Origin: an uncultured Gammaproteobacteria bacterium
GTDB taxonomy: Bacteria > Patescibacteriota > Patescibacteriia > Magasanikbacterales > UBA922
NCBI GenBank assembly: GCA_964435035.1
Contig: CAYSXR010000001.1
Location: forward strand, 212,622-276,621
Reading direction: 5' to 3'
DNA length: 64,000 bases
Shown in pieces: positions 39,886-49,653 of this stretch (positions within the stretch are counted from its first letter, which is position 1; each line of letters opens with the position of its first letter). The notes under the pieces are model-generated. The model saw only the letters and a list, made by a program, of their open reading frames with translations. It did no database searches and was not told where the DNA came from. A program made the position numbers and the translations under genes.

Positions 39886-40740
39886 ATGAAACTTTCAATT
39901 ATTGTAGTGAACTGGAATACGTGTGACCTTACAAGACAAGCGCTCACTGCTGTTTTTGCTGAGACTCATGGATTTGAATATGAAGTAATAGTTATTGATA
40001 ATAATTCTTCTGATGCAAGCGTTCAGATGATTGCTGATAAATTTCCTCAGGTAACCGTAATTAAAAATACAGAAAATTTCGGCTTTGGGAAAGCAAATAA
40101 TCAAGGAATGAAAATTGCTCAAGGTGAATACATATTTTTATTGAATAGCGATACAGTTGTACTCGATCATGCAATTAATGTGCTTGTTGCGTATTTGGAC
40201 GAACACAAAGATGTTATGTGCGTGGGCCCGAAACTGCTTAATGGAGATATGACATTTCAGCATGCATGTCGGAGGAACTTACCGAATCCAAAAAATGCTT
40301 TTTTTCATCTCTTTGGGTTTGTAAAAATGTTTAAGCAGAGCAAATACATTACTTCATATAAAAGATTTAGTGACAATCCGGACATAACTGAACCTGTTGA
40401 AGCGATATCAGGTGCTGCTATGATGTTTCGAAAAGAGGTATTTGAAACCATTGGTGGCTTTGATGAAAATTTTTTCTTTTATGGGGAAGATTTAGATCTC
40501 TGCAAAAGAATATATGATAAAAATTGGAAAATTATGTATGTACACAATGCACGTATTGTACATTTTGGAGGGAGTAGTAGTAAAAAACGAAAACAAAGTG
40601 CATTGATTAATTTTTACGACTCGATGTGGGTATATTATAAGAAACATTTTAAATACAATTTTTTATTTGATTTTTTTATTTTTGCTGGTATAAAAATTAA
40701 AATGCTTATAGTGCTCTGTGTTAATTTTTTTAAAAAATGA
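39886..40740 (+). CDS. GT2 glycosyltransferase (WbbL rhamnosyltransferase-like)
   Basis: IIVVNWN, DNNSSD, NFGFGKANN, LLNSD, GGFDE.FF.YGED.D. Confidence 0.88.
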   Translation: MKLSIIVVNWNTCDLTRQALTAVFAETHGFEYEVIVIDNNSSDASVQMIADKFPQVTVIKNTENFGFGKANNQGMKIAQGEYIFLLNSDTVVLDHAINVLVAYLDEHKDVMCVGPKLLNGDMTFQHACRRNLPNPKNAFFHLFGFVKMFKQSKYITSYKRFSDNPDITEPVEAISGAAMMFRKEVFETIGGFDENFFFYGEDLDLCKRIYDKNWKIMYVHNARIVHFGGSSSKKRKQSALINFYDSMWVYYKKHFKYNFLFDFFIFAGIKIKMLIVLCVNFFKK

Positions 40741-40744
40741 ATAT

Positions 40745-41683
40745 ATGAAAACAATATTGGTCACTGGTGCTGCAGGGTTTATTGGCTCACATCTGGTGGA
40801 GAGATTGTTGAGAGAAGAAAATCGGGTAATTGGACTCGATAATTTATTTACTGGCTCAAAGAAAAATTTAAAGGACGCTCTTAAACATCAAAATTTTAAG
40901 TTTATTAAACATGATATTGTTACGCCATTTTTTATTAAAGAAAAAGTAGACCAGGTATATAATCTCGCTTGTCCTGCATCTCCAGTTCATTATCAATCGA
41001 ATCAAGTTCATACAACCAAGGCATGTACGATTGGTGTTATCAATGTGCTTGGTTTTGCACGAAAACACAAAGCACGAGCACTTCAAGCATCAACGTCAGA
41101 AGTCTACGGGGATCCAGAGCAGCATCCACAGTCCGAAGAGTATCAAGGAAATGTAAATCCGGTCGGTCCACGAGCATGTTATGACGAGGGGAAACGAGCT
41201 GCAGAGACTCTTTTCTTTGACTATTACCGCATGCACGGGATGGAGATAAAAGTAGCACGAATATTTAATACGTATGGTCCTCGCATGTCAAAAGAAGATG
41301 GTAGAGTAGTTTCAAATTTTATTGTCCAGGCACTTCAGGAAAAATCAATTACACTGTACGGTGAAGGTACTCAGACACGTAGCTTTTGCTATGTGAGTGA
41401 TCTGGTAGATGGTCTGATTAAATTAATGAATTCATCAAAGAAGTTACAAGGTCCAATCAATTTAGGAAATCCTACAGAACAGACTGTAAAAGATTTGGCA
41501 ATTATGATACAGAGGATTATTGGATCTAATAGTAAAATATCCTACAAAAAGCTTCCTGTTGATGATCCACGACGACGATGTCCGGACATTACCAAGGCGC
41601 ACAAGCTCTTGCGTTGGTCGCCAAAAGTTGATATAAACAAAGGATTGCAAGAAACTATTGAATACTTTAGAACAGTACTATGA
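40745..41683 (+). CDS. UDP-glucuronate decarboxylase (UDP-xylose synthase)
   Basis: NLACPASP, ASTSEVYGDP, RACYDEGKR, RIFNTYGPRM, DDPRRR.PDI. Confidence 0.9.
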   Translation: MKTILVTGAAGFIGSHLVERLLREENRVIGLDNLFTGSKKNLKDALKHQNFKFIKHDIVTPFFIKEKVDQVYNLACPASPVHYQSNQVHTTKACTIGVINVLGFARKHKARALQASTSEVYGDPEQHPQSEEYQGNVNPVGPRACYDEGKRAAETLFFDYYRMHGMEIKVARIFNTYGPRMSKEDGRVVSNFIVQALQEKSITLYGEGTQTRSFCYVSDLVDGLIKLMNSSKKLQGPINLGNPTEQTVKDLAIMIQRIIGSNSKISYKKLPVDDPRRRCPDITKAHKLLRWSPKVDINKGLQETIEYFRTVL

Positions 41684-43083
41684 ACATTTTGTATATCGGT
41701 GCGGGGTTTGTTGGTACATGCTCAGCTGCGGTGTCGGCTGATTCAGGACATACAACGCTCGTGTATGATATTGATGCTACAAGAATACAAAAACTCTCGA
41801 GTAATGATCGAGATACGATTCAGTCATGTCTTCATGAGGAAGGTCTTCCTGAACTTTTGATTAGAAATAAAAACCGTATCACCTTTACTGATACACTTTT
41901 AGTGGTTGAAAAATTTATTGATGAGGTTGATGCGGTATTTATGTGCCTTCCAACTCCTGAAAAGCAGGGCGCGACAGGAGAGACTGATCTTTCGTTTTAC
42001 GAACAGTCGGTCGAGGAATTAGGTCCATTATTATCCAAAAGAAATGGAGGAGCACAAAAAAAGCGATTGGTGATTGTAAACAAAAGCACGGTTCCAATTA
42101 AGATGATTGACTATACGGAAAAGTTGTTCACCGAACAAGGCGTACAAAATTTTGGTATTGTTTCAAATCCAGAATTTCTTGTTGAAGGAAAGGCGATCAA
42201 AGATTCTATACATCCTGACCGAGTGGTAGTTGGTGCTCATACTGCTGAAGATTTTCAGATTATGCGTGAGCTCTATCAGCGTTTTTGTGATTCAAGTACC
42301 GTTACATATATTGAAGTAAATCCATACGAAGCAGCATGCGGTAAATTGATTGCGAATTTTTTGCTTTTTAACAAAGTAGTTACCGCGTATGATGTAGTTG
42401 GAAGAACATGCGAATATTTTGATAATGTAAATTATGAATCAGTAAGAAAAATCTTGATTGCCGATCCGCGTATCGGATCGTGGGGACTGTATAATAGTCT
42501 CTATGCAGGTGGAAGTTGTTTTATCAAAGATGCTGCATCTCTGGCAAATCAGCTTGAGCAGGCGGGATCACATGCACACCTTATTCGAGAAACCCTCGAA
42601 GCAAATACGTTCCAGTGCAATCATTTTTTTAGTCGTGCAAAGACCAATGCGAATATAGAGTGGACTGGTAAAAGAGTGGGTATACTCGGTGTGGCGTTCA
42701 AACAATCAACTAATGATATTAGAAATTCAGGTGCAATTAATATCATTCATGAATTACTAGGAGCTGGTGTTGAGGAAATCAAAGTGTACGATCCTGCGGC
42801 ACTCGGGGAAGCTCGGAAATATTTTAACCCAGAAAAGAATGAATTGTATCAAAAGATCATGTATGCCGATAATGAAAGCGAGGCAATAGAAGATATTGAT
42901 GTATGTATTATTGCTACTGATTGGCCGCAGTTTAGAGGAGTCGGTGACCAATTACTCGCTTTGAAAAATCGTCCGCTCATTATGGATGGTCGACGAATCC
43001 TCCAGCATCAGTACAAAGATTTGATGGCTGCAGGTTTTTCTGTAATTGCAGTAGGTTCCCCATTTCTTTCTCGGTCTAACTAA
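41680..43083 (+). CDS. ugd: UDP-glucose/GDP-mannose 6-dehydrogenase
   Basis: GAGFVG, CLPTP, KSTVP, SNPEFL.EG, GGSCF.KD, AFK...DIRNS. Confidence 0.85.
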   Translation: MNILYIGAGFVGTCSAAVSADSGHTTLVYDIDATRIQKLSSNDRDTIQSCLHEEGLPELLIRNKNRITFTDTLLVVEKFIDEVDAVFMCLPTPEKQGATGETDLSFYEQSVEELGPLLSKRNGGAQKKRLVIVNKSTVPIKMIDYTEKLFTEQGVQNFGIVSNPEFLVEGKAIKDSIHPDRVVVGAHTAEDFQIMRELYQRFCDSSTVTYIEVNPYEAACGKLIANFLLFNKVVTAYDVVGRTCEYFDNVNYESVRKILIADPRIGSWGLYNSLYAGGSCFIKDAASLANQLEQAGSHAHLIRETLEANTFQCNHFFSRAKTNANIEWTGKRVGILGVAFKQSTNDIRNSGAINIIHELLGAGVEEIKVYDPAALGEARKYFNPEKNELYQKIMYADNESEAIEDIDVCIIATDWPQFRGVGDQLLALKNRPLIMDGRRILQHQYKDLMAAGFSVIAVGSPFLSRSN

Positions 43084-43104
43084 ACAACATTAATCCTAAA
43101 AAAT

Positions 43105-44025
43105 ATGGCGAATTACCTGGTGACTGGTGGTGCCGGATTTATCGGAACTAATTTGGTAATTGAATTAAAAAAAGCTGGACACTCAGTCAAAGTGATTGAT
43201 AATTTTTCAGGTGGACGAAAAGAAAATAGAATCCAAAAGGATGTTACATATATAGAAGGAGATATACGTGATTTAGATTTGTTGGTACGAGAAATGCAAG
43301 GTGTGGATGGTGTGTTTCATCTGGCAGCGCTTCCTCGGGTAATTTATTCTATTGAACATCCTCAAGAAACGCATGATGTAAATGTAAATGGCACACTCAA
43401 CGTGCTTCTCGCAGCAAGAGATGCAGGGGTTAAGCGCGTAGTATTTTCTTCATCTTCTTCTACCTATGGCGATCAGCCACGAGAAGTATTTCCCATAAAA
43501 GAAGATGGGATAATCAAAAAACCACTAGCCCCATACGCACTTCATAAGTTTATCGGAGAAGAATATTGCAGACTCTTTGCAGAACTCTACAACCTAGAAA
43601 CCGTTTCGTTGGTATACTACAATGTATATGGATCATTTTCTGATCCAGAGGGTGCATATGCATTGGTGATTGGTAAATTTTTGAAGCTTCGAAAAGAGGG
43701 AAAACCACTCACGATACGCGGTGATGGTGAGTATTATCGAGATTATACACATGTGAGAGATGTTGTGAGGGCAAATTTCCTGGCAATGACGAAAGATACC
43801 GTAGGAAAGGGAGAAGTAATTAACGTTGGAAACAATAATCCATATTCGGTGAATCAGCTCGCAGAGCTTATTGGTGGGGAAACAACGCTAGTAGAATCGT
43901 TTCCTGGTGAAATGCGCTATACTAATGCAGATATAACCAAAGCAAAACAAATGCTTGGCTGGGAGCCCACGATTACTCTCGAAGAAGGAATTGCTGAGCT
44001 CAAAAAAGAATGGGGAATTGAATAG
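43105..44025 (+). CDS. NAD-dependent nucleotide-sugar epimerase (SDR)
   Basis: TGGAGFIG, HLAA, SSSSTYG, PYALHK. Confidence 0.85.
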   Translation: MANYLVTGGAGFIGTNLVIELKKAGHSVKVIDNFSGGRKENRIQKDVTYIEGDIRDLDLLVREMQGVDGVFHLAALPRVIYSIEHPQETHDVNVNGTLNVLLAARDAGVKRVVFSSSSSTYGDQPREVFPIKEDGIIKKPLAPYALHKFIGEEYCRLFAELYNLETVSLVYYNVYGSFSDPEGAYALVIGKFLKLRKEGKPLTIRGDGEYYRDYTHVRDVVRANFLAMTKDTVGKGEVINVGNNNPYSVNQLAELIGGETTLVESFPGEMRYTNADITKAKQMLGWEPTITLEEGIAELKKEWGIE

Positions 44026-44101
44026 AGTCTGAAAGTCGAAAGTCTATAAAGTAAATGCAAAATATGACTTTAGGACTTTTTGACTTGTAGACTTTTGACT
44101 C
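44025..44101. repeat. Short AAAGTC/GACTTT motif array forming an imperfect inverted repeat between convergent genes
   Basis: GAGTCTGAAAGTCGAAAGTCTATAAAGT ... GACTTTAGGACTTTTTGACTTGTAGACTTTTGACTC. Confidence 0.6.
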
Positions 44102-45526
44102 CTACTGTCCCATCCCCCTGAGTACTACATTCACCGTCCGAAGGATGATCGAGAGGTCAAGAAGTGCTGATTTATTTTTTATGTAGTACAAGTCGTATTG
44201 TAATTTCTTGAGAGATGATTCTAAGTCTTCAGTATAATGTTGTTGAATTGCCGCCCAACCTGTAATACCGGGTTTGATAATATGGCGAAGCGGATAATAC
44301 GGCATGAGTTCGGTAAGCTTCTCAACAATCTCTGGTCGCTCAGGTCGAGGTCCTACAAGTGTCACTTCTCCCTTGAGTAGATTAAAAGCTTGAGGAAGCT
44401 CATCAAGTCTGGTTTTTCGTAAAAATTTACCGATAGGAGTGATGCGTTCATCATTTTTTTTGGCAAATTCATATCCATGAGTTTCTGCACTTCCATCTTC
44501 TGCAAGTACATACATCGTACGTAATTTGTACATCCAGAATATTTTTCCACCTTCACCCACCATTCGATTGGTTTCTTTTTCACCTCGTTGTTGTTTGAAG
44601 AATATTGGTCCAGGTGAAGATAGTTTGATTGCAATCGCAAGAAAGGGAAAGAGTACTATGAAAATAAGTCCAAATAAAAGTCCAAATACGATGTCGGTTC
44701 CACGTTTTGCTTTCGCATAGACCGGATGTTCAGCGGTTTGTAAGTTACTGAGGAACCAACTTTCAGAAAAAGTGCTGGGCGGGATTCGACCGGTCACTGT
44801 TTCATAAAATGAAGTCATGTCTAGAATTTGTACTTGCCAGAAAAGTAGTTCATATAATTCTCTTCGTACCTCTTCTCTATCACTCATATTTGGCGCTACA
44901 ACAACAGTATGAATATGCTGGGTATCAATAGCGGGACGTAGTGTGTGTAGTGTGTGGTATACTTCTACATCATTATGTGAGGGTTTTTCAAAATGAGCAT
45001 CAGGGTCGATGACTGTCGAAACATGGTATCCAAGGTTTGGTTGATTTTCAATAATTGAAATAAGTTCTTTTACTTCATCAGTCACACCAAGGAATAAAAT
45101 TCGTGTTTTGAGTTTGTGAGTACCAATGTAGGTAAGGTAGAGTGTGCGAAAAAGAGCAGCTAAGCTAAAACCAATAACCGTGGTGAGAAAAAGTATGGTC
45201 TTCGGAGTGATATCATCACTAGGTTTGAGGTAGAAAAAAATCATTCCGAGGATAAAGGCTACTACTGCAGATTCAATTGTCCTGCGTGTGTTACTACTCA
45301 GCGTCATGAGGCGAAGGTCATATAAACCGGTGATATAGTTTGCTATGATCCATAGACAAAAAACCACCGTGAAGGGGCTGAGGTGGTGGACAATCTGATC
45401 AATCGTAGGCATTGATAGTGTGCGTAGTCCTAACGCAAGAATAAATCCTGCATAATAGGAAGTAAAATCGCCTAGAAGAAGCAGTATTTGCCTCATCCTG
45501 TAACTAAAAGTAATGTTTGCGAACAC
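44102..45526 (-). CDS. Initiating polyprenyl-phosphate sugar-phosphotransferase (WbaP/WcaJ family)
   Basis: KR..D, SPGPIFF.Q.R, KLRTM, FLRKTRLDELPQ, LVGPRPE, KPGITGWA, K..YDLYY. Start is GTG 45526 or ATG 45496. Confidence 0.92.
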   Translation of the reverse strand: MFANITFSYRMRQILLLLGDFTSYYAGFILALGLRTLSMPTIDQIVHHLSPFTVVFCLWIIANYITGLYDLRLMTLSSNTRRTIESAVVAFILGMIFFYLKPSDDITPKTILFLTTVIGFSLAALFRTLYLTYIGTHKLKTRILFLGVTDEVKELISIIENQPNLGYHVSTVIDPDAHFEKPSHNDVEVYHTLHTLRPAIDTQHIHTVVVAPNMSDREEVRRELYELLFWQVQILDMTSFYETVTGRIPPSTFSESWFLSNLQTAEHPVYAKAKRGTDIVFGLLFGLIFIVLFPFLAIAIKLSSPGPIFFKQQRGEKETNRMVGEGGKIFWMYKLRTMYVLAEDGSAETHGYEFAKKNDERITPIGKFLRKTRLDELPQAFNLLKGEVTLVGPRPERPEIVEKLTELMPYYPLRHIIKPGITGWAAIQQHYTEDLESSLKKLQYDLYYIKNKSALLDLSIILRTVNVVLRGMGQ

Positions 45527-45596
45527 AGGTTTGGTATGTTATACTTATAAACATAATTTAGCAGAGTTTTCAAAAAAAAACAAGTGCTTTTCGGGT

Positions 45597-47594
45597 ATGT
45601 TCAACTTCAAAAATACGCTTTTATACCTAGCCATTATACTGACTTTTACACCTGTTACATCACATCAGGTGTATGCAGAATTTCCGAATGATCCAGGTGC
45701 ACGTCAGTGGTCCTACGCAACTGCAGAGGTATATCGTGCATGGGAACAGGCTTCAGGTTCATCACAAGTGATTGTAGCAATTATTGATAATGGTTTCGAT
45801 GAAACGCATCCTGATTTAGTTGGGGCGAGGTGGACTAATGAAGATGAAATACCGGATAATGGTCATGATGATGATTCAAATGGATATATCGACGATATTC
45901 ATGGATGGAATTTTGTGAGCAAAGGCCAGGAATTGGATCAGGAATCAAATGAAGACTACGCTGATAATGAACATTCTGTCGTAAATCATGCAACGGTTGT
46001 CGCTGGAATTATTGGGGCAGTAGGAAATAATGGTAAGTATGGGGTAGGGATAGCATATGGTGTGCGATTGATGAATTTGCAAGTCGTAGATGATTATGGA
46101 GTAGGTGCTCCTGAAGCATTAGTCGAAGCAATTTATTATGCGGTGAATAATGGTGCAAGTGTAATCAATATCAGCATGGTGGGAAAAGGTTCGGTCCCTG
46201 AAGTACGGTCCGCAATTAATTATGCATATCAAAAAGGTGTGATTATTGTTGGCGCTGCAGGAAATGACAGAGAAAATCTCAATGAAACTCCATGGTTTCC
46301 AATTTGTAACGACATGTATGATCCATATACACAGGTCATTGGAGTAAGTGCCGTTGATTCCACTCGTAGACTAGCAAGTTTTTCAAATACGGGCGCGTCT
46401 TGTATTGATCTGACAGCTCCTGGAGTAGATATCGCAGGTCCTATTCGAGCTTCCAATAGTGAATTGTATGTGAATGGTTGGAATGGTACCTCATTTGCTA
46501 CTCCATTTGTTAGTGCAGCGGCAGCATTAGTAAGAAGTGTACAGCCTACCTGGCATATCGATCAGATTGTACGAACTCTTAAATCTACGGTGCGTCATAC
46601 GCCGAGTCCGGATGAAGAAGTTTATGCTGAGGCATATGGAAAAGGACTGGTACAAATTGGTACTGCAGTCGAAAGCGCAAAAATTGGAGTAGTGCTTGCA
46701 CCAAAATTATTTATTGACGGAGAGATCGATTCATCGTTTACTGCACCTCGAAGATTATTGATAACTTCTGAAGGGAAAAATGGCTTTGCAGATTTATTGC
46801 AAGGGAATAAAATTGATGTGATCGCAGATCCGCTCAAAGATGCAGTGACTATGACTACGTTTCGAGAAGTGAATGGTACACCTCTGTATGCGGTAGTAAA
46901 GAAAAATGGACAAGTGTCTACTGTCCATATATACACAACATCCTGGATTGAAAAATATCGTTGGTCGATTAGCAGCACACCGTCACAAATATTGATAGCA
47001 GATATTGATGGGGATTCGGATAAAGAAGTGGTGATTGTTGGTGAAAGTGGAAACTTGAGCGTGTTTAGTCTTAATGGAATCAAACGTGGCACTATACAGA
47101 GTATTGAGGGGCAGGCTAAAGGATTTGGAGTTGTTCGCCATAATTTTGAAACAGGGAAGGATGAAATTATATATGCATCAATGATTTCAAACTCGCATAC
47201 CGTGTTTACCAAAATTATTTCGATAACTGATGTGCCAGAAAAATTATTTGAAGTTGTACTTAAGTCATTGGGCAGTATCGCATATATCAATGACCTTGAA
47301 GATAGTATTGTGGTTGGTTCAGAAATTGGTACGGGATCACTAGTAACAGTCTTTTCGCTGACTGGTGAGGAAAAAAATTCATTCAGCCCATACAATTTAG
47401 GATTTCGGGGAGGGGTACAGGTTTCAGGGGTGCTCTATGGTGAAGAAGGATTGGAACGCATTGCGGTAACTCCAAAACGTGGAGTAGAATCACTTCGTAT
47501 TTTTGATAGCACAGGAAACATGCTTCTTGATAAATCTGTTGATACGGTACTTTCTCCTGAAAAAAAAGTTTTAACCGCTCTTGCTTCATTTTAA
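45597..47594 (+). CDS. Secreted S8 subtilisin-like serine peptidase with C-terminal FG-GAP-like region
   Basis: Signal peptide; triad VAIIDNG / NHATVVAG / GTSFATP; AAGN; DIDGDSDKE. Confidence 0.88.
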   Translation: MFNFKNTLLYLAIILTFTPVTSHQVYAEFPNDPGARQWSYATAEVYRAWEQASGSSQVIVAIIDNGFDETHPDLVGARWTNEDEIPDNGHDDDSNGYIDDIHGWNFVSKGQELDQESNEDYADNEHSVVNHATVVAGIIGAVGNNGKYGVGIAYGVRLMNLQVVDDYGVGAPEALVEAIYYAVNNGASVINISMVGKGSVPEVRSAINYAYQKGVIIVGAAGNDRENLNETPWFPICNDMYDPYTQVIGVSAVDSTRRLASFSNTGASCIDLTAPGVDIAGPIRASNSELYVNGWNGTSFATPFVSAAAALVRSVQPTWHIDQIVRTLKSTVRHTPSPDEEVYAEAYGKGLVQIGTAVESAKIGVVLAPKLFIDGEIDSSFTAPRRLLITSEGKNGFADLLQGNKIDVIADPLKDAVTMTTFREVNGTPLYAVVKKNGQVSTVHIYTTSWIEKYRWSISSTPSQILIADIDGDSDKEVVIVGESGNLSVFSLNGIKRGTIQSIEGQAKGFGVVRHNFETGKDEIIYASMISNSHTVFTKIISITDVPEKLFEVVLKSLGSIAYINDLEDSIVVGSEIGTGSLVTVFSLTGEEKNSFSPYNLGFRGGVQVSGVLYGEEGLERIAVTPKRGVESLRIFDSTGNMLLDKSVDTVLSPEKKVLTALASF

Positions 47595-47602
47595 TAACCT
47601 CT

Positions 47603-48631
47603 ATGATAAAAGAAACTCCCATCTTTGAAAAAAAGAATGTCCTCATCACCGGTGGTGCAGGCTTCATCGGGTCGCATATGTGCGAGCGTATGCTCAAAGA
47701 AGCACATGTTATTTGCATGGATGATTTGTCTAATTCGAGTATCACAAATATTGAGCACTTACTTCAGTATCCTGATTTTGAATTTATTAAATATGATGTG
47801 ACACAGCCAATTGATCTCATGCAATTTCCTGAGCTTGAAAAGTTTCGAGTTCGATTTCAAGGGGTGCAGGAAATTTATCATTTTGCATGTCCAACGAGCC
47901 CTAAAAATTTTGAAGATTTAAAAATTCAATCACTGTGGGCAAATTCTCGAGCAATATTAAATACACTCGATCTAGCAGTAAAATATCGAGCAAAATATCT
48001 TTTTGGATCAAGCTCTGTGGTGTATGGGGAGCCTACAACTGAAGATCATGTGTTTGGTGAAGATGAAGAAGGAATTGTACATCATCTTTCTCCACGAGGA
48101 TGCTACGATGAGGGAAAAAGGTTTGCTGAAACTTGTATTCAGACCTACATACAGGTATATGGACTAGATGCAAAAATCGCACGTATTTTTACGACCTATG
48201 GACCTCGTATGAAACTTCGGGATGGGTTACTTATTCCAGATTTTATTTTGAGTGCTCTAAGCGGGGAAGATTTGGTGATTTATGGTGATAGCACCCTTCA
48301 TCAGTCTCTCTGTTATATTTCTGATATGGTCGATGGGCTTGTCCGACTCATGAATACTGGTCCTGAACTATCGCTCGTAAATTTGGGTCATGATGAACCT
48401 CATCGAATGGGGGATGTGGCACAAAAGATTATTGGAATGACTCGATCAACGTCTTCAATACGCTACGAAAATCCATTGGTATTTTTGACAAAAAAAGGAA
48501 TTCCAGACCTTCGTCGAGCAAAAGAAAATCTTGATTGGATTCCATTGGTGAGACTTGAAGATGGTTTGAAGCGAACTATTGATTATACACTCGCACACAA
48601 AGAATCTCTTGATTTTAATTCAATTGGCTGA
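47603..48631 (+). CDS. Divergent UDP-glucuronate decarboxylase-like SDR
   Basis: HFACPTSP, CYDEGKR and RIFTTYGPRM present, but SSSVVYG replaces STSEVYG. Confidence 0.75.
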   Translation: MIKETPIFEKKNVLITGGAGFIGSHMCERMLKEAHVICMDDLSNSSITNIEHLLQYPDFEFIKYDVTQPIDLMQFPELEKFRVRFQGVQEIYHFACPTSPKNFEDLKIQSLWANSRAILNTLDLAVKYRAKYLFGSSSVVYGEPTTEDHVFGEDEEGIVHHLSPRGCYDEGKRFAETCIQTYIQVYGLDAKIARIFTTYGPRMKLRDGLLIPDFILSALSGEDLVIYGDSTLHQSLCYISDMVDGLVRLMNTGPELSLVNLGHDEPHRMGDVAQKIIGMTRSTSSIRYENPLVFLTKKGIPDLRRAKENLDWIPLVRLEDGLKRTIDYTLAHKESLDFNSIG

Positions 48632-48637
48632 GTATGT

Positions 48638-49294
48638 ATGTTGATTGCGATTGTACCGGCTTACAATGAGTCGAGCATGATTAGAGGTGTTGTCAAAAGT
48701 TTATTACCTCATGTAGACAAGGTGGTGGTTGTTGATGATGCGTCAACCGATGATACGGCAATGCATGCTCGAGCTGTGGGAGCAATGGTGCTTACCCATC
48801 CAATTAATTTAGGTCAAGGAGCTGCACTTGAAACAGGTCAGTCTTATGCGCGTATGATACATGCGGATAGTGTGCTTCATTTTGATGGTGATGGTCAGTT
48901 TGATACAGCAGATATTGTTCAGGCAAAAAAAATACTTGAGGAAGGGGTAGATGTAGTGCTTGGTTCACGATTTCTTGGAGTTTCTTCACACATACCATGG
49001 TTTAAAAGAAAAATTATTTTACCCATTGCTCGCTTGGTGAATTATCTATTTACGGGCATCAAATTGACGGATGCTCACAATGGGTTTAGAATGCTTGGTC
49101 GAAGAGGTCTGGAGCATATTAAAATTACACACAATCGCATGTCGCATGCGACGGAAATTTTGTCACTTCTCAAAAAAAACAACCTTATATACAAAGAGAT
49201 CCCTGTTAGGGTAACCTACCATGAATACGGGCAAAAAGTGTCAGGAGGGCTTACCATTATTAAAGATTTGATTATTGGAAAAATTATAAAATAA
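48638..49294 (+). CDS. GT2 polyprenol-phosphate sugar synthase (GacI/PpgS-like)
   Basis: PAYNE, NLGQGAAL.TG, FDGDGQ, GSRF, TDAHNGFR; followed by a DUF2304-like gene. Confidence 0.85.
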   Translation: MLIAIVPAYNESSMIRGVVKSLLPHVDKVVVVDDASTDDTAMHARAVGAMVLTHPINLGQGAALETGQSYARMIHADSVLHFDGDGQFDTADIVQAKKILEEGVDVVLGSRFLGVSSHIPWFKRKIILPIARLVNYLFTGIKLTDAHNGFRMLGRRGLEHIKITHNRMSHATEILSLLKKNNLIYKEIPVRVTYHEYGQKVSGGLTIIKDLIIGKIIK

Positions 49295-49300
49295 ATTGCT

Positions 49301-49642
49301 ATGCGAATTATATTTCAACTTGCGATCGCTTTTTTGTCACTTGCTGCAATTATCAGCGTTCTTCGTAGAAAAAAAGAACATTTATTAGGTCCGCTTGGAG
49401 CTTTATTTTGGATTATTTTCTGGATTGCATTGATAAGTATTGTATCACTTCCTACCTCAGTTCTGGATCGATTTTCTCAGTTTATCGGTATTGGACGTGG
49501 TGTTGATTTGGTGATGTATGTATCAATCGCGATTTTATTTTTTGTAGTATTCAAGCTCTACATAAGAATTGAAAGCATGAGGCGAGATATGACTGAGATT
49601 GCACGAAAAAAAACCATAGATTCTATAAGTGAACATACATAA
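49301..49642 (+). CDS. DUF2304-like small membrane protein (GacJ/Rv3632-like)
   Basis: Three TMs, GIGRGVDL.Y and a C-terminal coiled coil. Confidence 0.75.
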   Translation: MRIIFQLAIAFLSLAAIISVLRRKKEHLLGPLGALFWIIFWIALISIVSLPTSVLDRFSQFIGIGRGVDLVMYVSIAILFFVVFKLYIRIESMRRDMTEIARKKTIDSISEHT

Positions 49643-49653
49643 GGATCCTACAT

